A DNA stretch of 64,000 nucleotides, from positions 44,392,001 through 44,456,000 of the forward strand of contig NC_047015.1 of NCBI RefSeq assembly GCF_902652985.1, written 5' to 3'. A program made the translations under genes and the position numbers. This document shows, in pieces, positions 13,277 through 23,015 of the stretch. This DNA is from Pecten maximus (taxonomy: Eukaryota). Position 1 is the stretch's first letter; each line of letters opens with the position of its first letter. Below the pieces are notes generated by a model. It was not told the origin of the DNA. It searched no databases and saw only the letters and a program-made list of their open reading frames with translations.

Positions 13277-14457
13277 ATAAGATGGCGTCTGTAGAAACCG
13301 GAGTCTTAAGATGGCGTCTGTAGAAACCAAAGTCATAAGATGGCGTCTGCAGAGAATATAGTCATAAGATGACGTCTGCAGAAACCAAAGTCATAAGATG
13401 GCGTCTGAGGAGAATATAGTCATAAAATGGCGTGTGCAGAAACCAAAGTCATAAGATGGCGTGTGCAGAAACTAAAGTCATCAGATGACGTCTGCAGAAA
13501 CCAAAGTCATAAGATGGCGTGTGCAGAAACCAAAGTCATAAGATGGCGTCTGAAGAAACCAAAGTCATAAGATGGCGTCTGCAGAGAATATAGTCATAAA
13601 ATGGCGTGTGCAGAAACCAAAGTCATAAGATGGCGTCTGCAGAGAATATAGTCATAAGATGGCGTGTGCAGAAACCAAAGTCATAAGATGGCGTCTGCAG
13701 AAACCAAAGTCATAAGATGGCGTCTGCAGAGAATATAGTCATAAGATGACGTCTGCAGAAACCAAAGCCATAAGATGGCGTGTGCAAAAACCAAAGTCAT
13801 AAGATGGCGTCTGAAGAAACCAAAGTCATACGATGGCGTCTGAGGAGAATATAGTCATACGATGGCGTGTGCAGAAACCAAAGTCATAAGATGGCGTCTG
13901 CAGAAACCAAAGTCATAAGATGGCGTCTGCAGAGAATATAGTCATAAGATGGCGTGTGCAGAAACCAAAGTCATAAGATGGCGTGTGCAGAAACCAAAGT
14001 CATAAGATGGCGTCTGCAGAGAATATAGTCATAAGATGACGTCTGCAGAAACCAAAGTCATAAGATGGCGTGTGCAGAAACCAAAGTCATAAGATGGCGT
14101 CTGAAGAAACCAAAGTCATAAGATGGCGTCTGAGGAGAATATAGTCATAAGATGGCGTGTGCAGAAACCAAAGTCATAAGATGGCGTGTGCAGAAACTAA
14201 AGTCATAAGATGGCGTCTGCAGAAACCACAGTCATAAGATGGCGTCTGCAGAAACCACAGTCATAAGATTTCGTCTGCAGAAACCAAAGTCAAAAGATGA
14301 CGTCTGCAGAGACTCGGGGTGTAAGATGGCGTCTGCAGAAACCAAAGTTATAAGATGGCGTCTGCAGAAACCAAAGTCATAAGATGGCGTCTACAGAAAC
14401 CAAAGTCAAAAGATGACGTCTGCAGAGACGCGGGTCGTAAGATGGCGTCTGCAGACA
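13277..14457. repeat. 29-bp minisatellite, ~40 copies
   Basis: Unit CATAAGATGGCGTCTGCAGAAACCAAAGT with an alternative GAATATA block. A 10-unit (290 bp) block is repeated (13741 vs 14031). Confidence 0.95.
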
Positions 14458-14812
14458 TCAAAGGCACAAAGTTTTGACATATATTCCCTTACCGTACATT
14501 CGTTTCATGAAGACTATACATATAAACGTATTAATAGACAACATACAACGGAGACTACACCATTAGTTTGTCTGTAGGGCATGTTGGCAAGTGTTACAGA
14601 AAAGGCTTCATCCCGAGACAGAAATATAAGTTCAGAATCTGGAGATTTTCCCGGGACGTTTTGATAGTTATGACGGATGTTTTATCGGTTGCGAAAGATT
14701 TAACTTTATAGATCCTCTACTTTCCAAAATTATCAGAATTAAGAATTATTTATAAGATTATACTCCCTCAACTTCTTGCACTTTTCCCTCAACTTCTTGC
14801 ACTTTTCCCACT

Positions 14813-16140
14813 TCACATTCCGTCTCAATCTTCCTCACAGACTCTCTCCGTACACATTCTGCCTCAATCTTCCTTGCAGACTCTCTCCCCTACACATTCT
14901 GTCTCAATCTTCCTCACAGACTCTCTCCCCTACACATTCTGTCCCAATCTTCCTCGCAGACTTTCTCCCTACACATTCCGTCTCAATCTTCCTCACAGAC
15001 TCTCTCCGTACACATTCTGCCTCAATCTTCCTTGCAGACTCTCTCCCTACACATTCCGTCTCAATCTTCCTCGCAGACTCTCTCCCTACACATTCCGTCT
15101 CAATCTTCCTCACAGACTCTCTCCGTACACATTCTGCCTCAATCTTCCTTGCAGACTCTCTCCCTACACATTCCGTCTCAATCTTCCTCACAGACTTTCT
15201 CCCCTACACATTCCGTCTCAATCTTCCTCACAGACTCTCTCCCCTACACATTCCGTCTCAATCTTCCTCACAGACTCTCTCCCCTACACATTCTGTCTCA
15301 ATCTTCCTCACAGACTCTCTCCCTACACATTCCGTCTCAATCTTCCTCACAGACTCTCTCCCCTACACATTCCGTCTCAATCTTCCTCACAGACTCTCTC
15401 CCCTACACATTCTGTCTCAATCTTCCTCACAGGCTCTCTCCCCTACACATTCCGTCTCAATCTTCCTCACAGACTCTCTCCCCTACACATTCCGTCTCAA
15501 TCTTCCTCACAGACTCTCTCCCCTACACATTCTGTCTCAATCTTCCTCACAGACTCTCTCCCCTACACATTCCGTCTCAATCTTCCTCACAGACTCTCTC
15601 CCCTACACATTCCGTCTCAATCTTCCTCACAGACTCTCTCCCCTACACATTCTGTCGCAATCTTCCTCACAGACTTTCTCCCCTACACATTCCGTCTCAA
15701 TCTTCCTCGCAGACTCTCTACCCTACACATTCCGTCTCAATCTTCCTCACAGACTCTCTCCCTACACATTCCGTCTCAATCTTCCTCACAGACTCTCTCC
15801 CTACACATTCCGTCTCAATCTTCCTCACAGACTCTCTCCCCTACACATTCCGTCTCAATCTTCCTCACAGACTCTCTCCCCTACACATTCGTCTCAATCT
15901 TCCTCACAGACTCTCTCCCCTACACATTCCGTCTCAATCTTCTCGCACAGACTCTCTCCCCTACACATTCCGTTCTCAACTCTTCCTCACAGCACTTTCC
16001 TCCACCTACACATTCTTGTGCTCCATCTTCCTCGCCAGGACTCTCTCCCCTACACATTCCGTCTCAATCTTCCTCGCAGACTCTCTCCCCTACACATTCC
16101 GTCTCAATCTTCCTCGCAGACTCTCTCCCCTACACATCCT
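14813..16140. repeat. 39/40-bp pyrimidine-rich minisatellite, ~33 copies
   Basis: Unit CACATTCCGTCTCAATCTTCCTCACAGACTCTCTCCCCTA. It produces the three overlapping spurious ORFs at 14776-16222. Confidence 0.95.
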
Positions 16141-16258
16141 CCTAACCTTTTCCCGTACTCCTCCATCTCCACATGCTCTTAGTTTTACATCACCACGTAT
16201 TTATACAAATTACATATTCTAGTTATCAGAACCAAGTTCTAAAACAAGGTATTTTTTT

Positions 16259-16339
16259 GGGGGCGGGGGGGGGGGGGGGGGGGGGGGGGGGTGGGGGGGG
16301 GGGGGGGGGGGGGGGGGGGTGGGGGGGGGGGGGGGGGGG
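16259..16339 (+). repeat. ~80-nt poly-G tract (G-quadruplex potential)
   Basis: Near-pure G run with three interruptions. Confidence 0.9.
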
Positions 16340-16949
16340 CCATTGAAATAGTTTTCAAATGCTTTCAAATAATGAAATATTATTTTGAAATAAACAGAAT
16401 TTTGTTCATTTTCACCTAATTTAAGATAAGATGCTCGTTTACAAAAACAAAACAAAAACAAGAAAAACAACAACAACAAAAAAAAAAGACTTGATATACC
16501 TTGTATTTAATATTAAACGAATATAAAATCTTCTTTGGCTATATAGTTAACAGTATTTTATTTTCTTCCCTATTCTTTAGGAATAAACCTGATGACAAAT
16601 CAGTGTATTAGTGTACAGAATTACAGCTGTACCGAATGACGCTCCATAAACAACAAGCTCTCGTTACTGTCAACGGTCTATAGATACACACACAAAATAA
16701 TTTTTCTTGATCTTTCCAGTTAAATTTCAAAATTTCAGAGTAAGAAATTAATGTTTTATAACGAAAATATGTTAACATTTTATCTATCTGATGGTAAAAG
16801 GAATTTGTTTATTGTGGCGCGTTGATTTTTACCTTTACCAAAATCACATGCTGTTATTGGCACCTATGGGCCGAAAGGCCTTGGCACTAAATTAACTGAA
16901 CCAAAAATAGACTGCTTCAAACGACATACAAATGGTTTTTTTCTTTTAT

Positions 16950-17444
16950 AAGACCACTTCTTGGGTATGGTGATATTGTCTAGTGAAACATACCGAAAGA
17001 ATGAAACAAAACAAAAAACAAAAACAGACAGACAAGAAACCCTAGAAAGTCTTTATATTGAAGCCGCTCACACAGTGACTGAAGTAACAAAGTTAACAAG
17101 CATTGATAAATTGTCTCATGAAGCAGGATAGACCAGTTTATTTGGTCGTAGACAAAACAAAAAAGTTATTCAATTTCAGAAAATATTCTTTCAATATACA
17201 CCTTCATACTTATCTAATCTGATTCCTAGCACTGTCTCGTATAAAACAAGGAACTCGGATCACACATTCATTAATCCGATTCTAAGTAAGACTGCCTTTT
17301 ATAAGCATTCTTACCCTCCACCCCAGACCAAAGGAACATACCTCCATCTGATGTTAGATCAAACCCATCTATTTCTCTTCTTAAATGACACACTGATAAA
17401 CGAAATTGACGAGGAATATCATTATTTATTACAATTTTGGAACC
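16950..17444 (+). mobile_element. Decayed CR1/L2-group LINE, ORF2 post-RT region (left part)
   Basis: Translates PLLGYGDIV*...LESLYIEAAHTVTEVTKLTSIDKLSHEAG*TSLFGRRQNKKVIQFQKIFFQYTPSYLSNLIP...YKTRN...KTAFYKHSY. This matches the typical LINE C-terminal pattern RPxLEYGDxVW / LExxQxEAARIVTG / GWxxLxxRR / PSYLxxLxP. Contains stops. Confidence 0.8.
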
Positions 17445-18349
17445 TTAAGGCCAGGTTTCAAAGCGGCATAAGAAACAAATAAGATAGCGTGTATGCGCTA
17501 TGGGTAGCCTATAGCCTATACAGTCCTACGTTTACACATAGGCATTTAAGTTCAAACATGTATATACGCAAGAATATAGTGCCCATTTTGTGCCAAACAT
17601 GAAAAAGTGGGGTATTTTTTTGTTAAAATGCTACAATATCATTTCTTCATTTCTTTTGAGAAAACTAAATATGAACATGTTGATAATATCATGTCAGATA
17701 TCATATATGTAAAGCAAGAAATTACATTCTTTAATAAATTAGGAACAGGAGATAAAATTGATCGATCTGAGTAAAATCATGCTCTTTTTTGTATTCCTAT
17801 TGCAGTCAATTCGTAATGATATGCAAGAAAACATCTTTAAACAGTACAAAATAATTTGCCAAAAATAGTAATTAGGAGTTTTGTGCAAAGTACTTAAAAT
17901 TGATTGACAATATTGCTATGTTGCTTTTAAAAGAAAAACGAGCATAGGGGGAAATCTGTTTTGCATTGAAATATTGTAAAGTGAACTGGAATAAAATGTT
18001 TATACTTGGTTTTATTAGTACACAGGGATTGACATCTAAACTAATTACCCACTAAAATGAAATTTTCACTTTTAAAATGGCCGTCATTTCCCCTGATAAC
18101 CACAAATATTAAATGTTCTTACAACTGCTGAATCAATTTTCTGACAAGAACGCTACATGATAGATTTATGTTGATTTACACATTAAACCACATAATCTGG
18201 AATCCAATATAGGCCAGGCCAGTGTTGGTCTACGTCGTAGTTCTAATTGGTCAAGTCGACCATACCTAATACATGAAAGATGGCGGTTGGTAGCGTAATA
18301 TGCATTACTTGAGGTTTGTCATAAACCTTCTGACTTTTGGATGCAAAGG

Positions 18350-19330
18350 CTTACTGGTTTCCAAGTGCCTGTAGAAATAGTATAGGATACTTGATACATG
18401 GTCCCATGATTCTCTGTCCAGTAGGACACTTGCAATATTAATCTTTTACGGGATTGACGGTGTCGGAGCGGCCATGCTGGATCCAAACATTGTAGTTTTC
18501 ACTGCACCTATGCCTCGAGTGCATCCGATGTTGTGCAATGTCCCGTGAGTGCCGATAGATCCAGATCTCGTAGTCACCATATTCTCTGAGGTGCTCACTG
18601 ATGTAGCCAGCTGACAGTGACGTTTGGTATGTGCAACAGAATATTGTCCAAAGTTATTCCATGTCTAACTTTGGGAATTCACAATTATCCTCAATTGCAT
18701 CTAGTTTGACAAATAGTTCCTTGGCCTTTGTGGTAAGAACTTGCTCATCTTTCCAATACTGAGCTAAGGTGTTGTGAATACTAAGGAGTGTTTTCATTTT
18801 TTCAGCCAGCCAGCCCCTATCCTTTGCGCCGCGCTCTGGTGTTCTAACATATATGGGCCCTCGGATTCCATTGAGACAGACTATTCAAAAGAATGTCTCG
18901 ATGGCATCAATGAAATATTTGGAGTCAAGTTGTGTTTTGAAAAACAGCCATTGCTAGAATCGTCCGTGATATGACCCCACTATCCACCTGGATTTAGTTA
19001 TGGTTCTATCAATTTTAGCTCGTAGGTCGTCATGTTGAGTCTCCCACGGTTTTAGATAAGACGGCATCTTTGTTGTCAAATCACGTTATTCCAAATATGA
19101 AAAAAAACATGCTTAAACCCTTGTTCAACAACGAGCTTGTCATCTTTCTCCAACCTGTAGAGACTATCAATGACGGCTTTTGTAATCTTCACATCATTAT
19201 TGCTTCTAGGAAAAGGTCCTACTGTGTCCAGAATGTAACCATCAGGTAAGGCCATGCTCTATTTCCGCTTTTACTGGCCACAGTGGGAGATTCTCTGGAG
19301 CTTTTGTGTACATTTTGCGTGGGAAGACTG
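18350..19330 (-). pseudogene. DDE_Tnp_4-like (Harbinger/ISL2EU) transposase pseudogene with C-terminal SWIM-type zinc finger
   Basis: With frameshifts and stops it reads QKLQRISHCGQ*KRK..MALPDGYILDTVGPFPRSNNDVKIT...DDKLVVEQGFKHV...KMPSYLKPWETQH...RTITKSRWIVGSYHGRF*QWLFF...FPKLD...TYQ...HSRH...YNVWIQ...PVKD*YCKCPTGQRIMG..HVSSILYY. Confidence 0.8.
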
Positions 19331-19969
19331 GCCATACAATAGATCCTCTACGGATAATAATGGGATGTTCCGCCACGTATCAACACCAACGTTTTGATCT
19401 TCAGGTTGCGACTTTCGTTTCTGATAATTCATTAAACACATGCCATTCTCTTGATCATCAGTAATTTGATCGCCATCTGCTTTTAAAACGTCAAGCAACC
19501 AATTGTGCTGGGGAAGTCTTATATTTCTAGCAGATTCTTGATTTTAACTTCACAACCTGCACCAATCAACCTATTTCTCATTGTGAGAACGGTACTGTTT
19601 TCTCCGTTAGACGCGATTTTATAAATAACATAGAAGCGCTGTTGCAAGAAGTCGCAGTCGATCAAATAATATATAGAGGATATTGAATGGTTCCCGTTGA
19701 ATATAACATATATTTCACGAGCGCGAAGTACGAACGAGTGGAAAATTTCGAAATATTCATTCAAAATCTTCAATATGATTGGTCAAATATGTATGGAGGA
19801 TGGCAGAACTGACAAAAATACTATTTTCCTTAAGATTATGTAATTTAAATTGCTTTAACCATTTCATTTAACTTAGAATAGCAATTTAAGTTAATCCTAC
19901 CCCTTAATGTTCAATGGCAAAATGTCCGCTATCGTTCAACAAGTGATTGGGGTGACACACATCAAGGCC

Positions 19970-21304
19970 AACAAGAGGCCCAATGGGCCTGTATCGCTCA
20001 CCTGGCTATACAGCAAATTTGCAGTTGATTGAAGTTATTTCTACAGATACTATGCCGATAACCAATTTATTCAAATATCAGAGTAAGCTAGATTTATTCA
20101 TGTCAATAAATATTCTAGTCCTTCATTCCAGCATACTATTGGCAGAATATCAGGTCTTGGTGACTTTTGGCTATGGCAAGATTTAAAAATATTTCAACCC
20201 TGTGACCTTGAATGTAGGTCAATGTCATTCAGTTGAACAAACTTGGTAGCCCTTCACCCCAGCATGCCACAGGCCTAATATCAGGTTCCTGGGCCTCTTG
20301 GTTATTGAGAGGAAGTCTTTTGAAGATTATAGCCTATTTGACGCATGTGACATTGAATGAAAGTCAAGGTAATTTATTTGAACAAACTTGGTAGCCCTTC
20401 ACCCCAGCATGCTACAGGCCTAATATCAAGTCCCTGGGCATCTTGGTTATTGAGGAGAAGACGTTTGAAGATTATAGCCTTTTTGAACCATGCGACCTTG
20501 AATGAAGGTCAAGGTCATTTATTTGAACAACTTGGTAGCCCTTCACCCCAGCATGCTACAGGCCTAATATCAAGTCCCTTGGCATCTTGGTTATTGAGAA
20601 GAAGTTGTTTGAAGATTATAGCCTTTTTGACCCATGTGACCCTGAATGAAGGTCAAGGTCATTTATTTGAACAAACTTGGTAGCCCTTCACCACAGCATG
20701 CCACAGGCCTAATATCAAGTTCCTGGACCTCTTGGTTATTGAGAAGAAGTTGTTTGAACATTATAGCCTTTTTGACCCATGTGACCTTGAATGAAGGTCA
20801 AGGTCATTTATTTGAACAAACTTGGTAGCCCTTCACCCCAGCATGCTACAGGCCTAATATCAGGTCCCTTGGCCTCTTAGTTATCAAGAAGAAGTTGTTT
20901 GAAGATTATAGCCTATTTGATCCATGTGACCTTGAATGAAGGTCAAGGTCATTTATTTGAACAAACTTAGTAGCCCTTCACCCCAGCATGCTACAGGCCT
21001 AATATCAAGTTCCTGGATCTCTTGGTTATTGAGAAGAAGTTGTTTGAAGATTATAGCCTTTTTGACCCATGTGACCTTGAATGAAGGTCAGGGTCATTTA
21101 TTTGAACAAACTTGGTAGCCCTTCACCCCAGCATGCTACAGGTCCAATATCAAGTCCCTAGGCCTTTTGGTTATTGAGAAGAAGTTGTTTAAATGAAAAG
21201 TTGACGCCGGACGGACGGCCGGACAGACGGCCGGACGGCCGGACGGACGACGGACGCCGCACCATGGCATAAGCTCACTTGCCCTTCGGGCAGGTGAGCT
21301 AAAA
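19970..21304 (+). mobile_element. Complete HINE / pearl-type Helentron derivative
   Basis: 5' end AACAAGAGGCCCAATGGGCCT, then subterminal GCTCACCTG (19996-20004). About 7 copies of a 145-bp core (20201, 20346, ...) are followed by a GGAC/GGCC microsatellite and the 3' hairpin AGCTCACTTGCCC-ttc-GGGCAGGTGAGCT (21272-21300). The right arm of the hairpin is complementary to the 5' subterminal motif; an A-run follows. Confidence 0.9.
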
Positions 21305-21726
21305 ATTAACACTTTGCACAAATGGTAAAGTTTTTATCTTTGGGCAGGGCTAGTGTAAGTAATACAGCTCTCTGTACGCTCAATTGTTCACAAAAATAAC
21401 TCTTTTTATAAAATGCTTAAAAATAAATATCATATCATATTTAGTGTTTTAGTATTTTGGTATTTAGTTTTGATAAAAACTTTCAAATTTCGTTAGAATG
21501 ATAACATTTTTTATGTTTTGTGACAATCTGCGTTCTTACTTTAGTTATCTAGTCACGTAATTAGTCAATTAGGCAAGTGCGTCATCGATTAATATGTGTT
21601 CAATATAAAGCAACGGAAACCCACTTTGATGGCACAAAGCAATGTATCGATGAGTGGTCTTTAAGGGTAGAAATTCTTTAGGCCGACCCCTATGGGAAAT
21701 CAACTCTGCTGAAAACCCGACCTTTA

Positions 21727-21960
21727 TCATGCTTGACTAAGTATGGAATGTAGTTCCCTCAACAACTTATTTAACAAAATATTGTCTCTTTTAGAAAGCA
21801 TCAGGTACAACGAAACTAGAAGACGTTATTTACATTCATTACCTTACAATATCACATTAGATCTAACGCTCGTTGGGATCGAGACACTACTTGTACACGG
21901 AAATAAGGTTATCTTCCTAGCAGTGCAGAACTACATACTTAAAACAAATAGGTTCTTAAC
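21727..21960 (+). mobile_element. Decayed CR1/L2-group LINE, ORF2 extreme C-terminus (right part)
   Basis: HA*LSMECSSLNNLFNK...RYNETRRRYL...GNKVIFLAVQNYILKTNRF matches the typical HARLRMxCSxLN...IFxAVQxYIxxTxRF terminus. It continues the fragment that ends at 17444. Confidence 0.75.
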
Positions 21961-22115
21961 CATAGCGTATTATAATGTTGAAAGTTACACTTAAATCAAA
22001 ACTCTACACACCTCTTTCCTTCTTTCCTTCCTTCCTACCTAATATTTCCCCTTCTCTAAGCCGTCTCTCCTCCCTTCTTCTCGTTGAAACTATTTCATTA
22101 CATGTATTTCCATCG

Positions 22116-22748
22116 TTAGATCATCTGACAAGAAGGTTCAGAATTACCTATAGTCATCGTGCTTCGTCCGTCGTCGTCTGCCGTGCGTAAATTTTTCACA
22201 TTTCAAACTTCTTCTCAAGTTCCAGCGCTGGGAGCGACTTCTAACTTGCCTGAAATGATCCTGAGATAATTATGAGAAAGTGTTGTTATTAACGGGTCGG
22301 TCGAAAATCCAAGATGACCATCATTGCAGTTATCTTGAAAAACACATTTTAAACTTCTTCTCCAGTTCAACTGTTGCCATCAAGCTGGAAATCGGTTGGG
22401 ATGTCAAGGAAGGAGAGCCAACAAAGTTTTGTTATTTTTCAACCGCATAAAAAAATTTGACATGGCGGCCATTTCGTAACGTGATTGCGCAATCATGGTT
22501 TTCCTGCTCAACACATATTTCAAATTTCTTCTCGAGTTCCACTAGCGAGATTCAGCTCTAACTTACCTTAAATGATCCTTAGATAGTCCAGGCTTACTGT
22601 TGCTATTTTTCGAGTGGGTCCGATATCCAATATGGCAGTCATGACATGGCTTACCGTATCACTATACGTGTTACTGAGTATGTACATACTACAATAATAC
22701 AAGGGTCTTTAGTGTTCAATGACCGTTAAGGCCCTTGGACCTCTTGTT
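22116..22748 (-). mobile_element. Old, degraded HINE
   Basis: Minus-strand start AACAAGAGGTCCAAGGGCCT resembles 19970. It has ~3 diverged 145-170 bp cores (AAACTTCTTCTC motif at ~22205, 22351, 22522), a (CGT/CGTC)n microsatellite at 22155-22190 and a decayed hairpin at 22116-22150. Confidence 0.7.
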
Positions 22749-23015
22749 AAATTTTGTCATCAATCTTATAAACGCTGTCCATCTTGAATGTCTTAGACAC
22801 GTCTTTATTTTTTCCTTTTATACCATATTGTACCTTTATGTTGTCTGTGAAATAATGAATTACTTCAATAGAGTAGGTTTAAACTAACGCCATTCTTCCG
22901 TTTTCTCGAGTCATCGAGGATTGCTATCACAACTGTTATCTAATGTGTGGTTATAAACACGACGGTGTGATTTGTTAATGACAAAAACCTGTATGATCGA
23001 GGATATAAATATCAA

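Larger units (their letters stand above)
17448..21723 (-). mobile_element. Decayed PIF/Harbinger-ISL2EU-type DNA transposon (contains a nested HINE)
   Basis: Imperfect TIRs: AGGCCAGGTTT on the left and AGGTCGGGTTT as reverse complement on the right (9/11). TTA lies on both sides (17445-47, 21724-26). It contains a transposase remnant, and LINE coding sequence resumes immediately outside both ends. Confidence 0.65.

Noticed and set aside
14776-16222. Three ORFs of 396-468 aa
   Set aside because: All three frames are open because the C/T-rich unit lacks stops, and the peptides cycle through the same three phrases as the 39/40-bp units shift frame.
16219-16479. Poly-proline ORFs (also 38719-38928)
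   Set aside because: Translation of poly-G tracts.
20357-21321. Repeated MKVKVIYLNKL ORFs, and ORF 70-267
   Set aside because: Translations of HINE core repeats.
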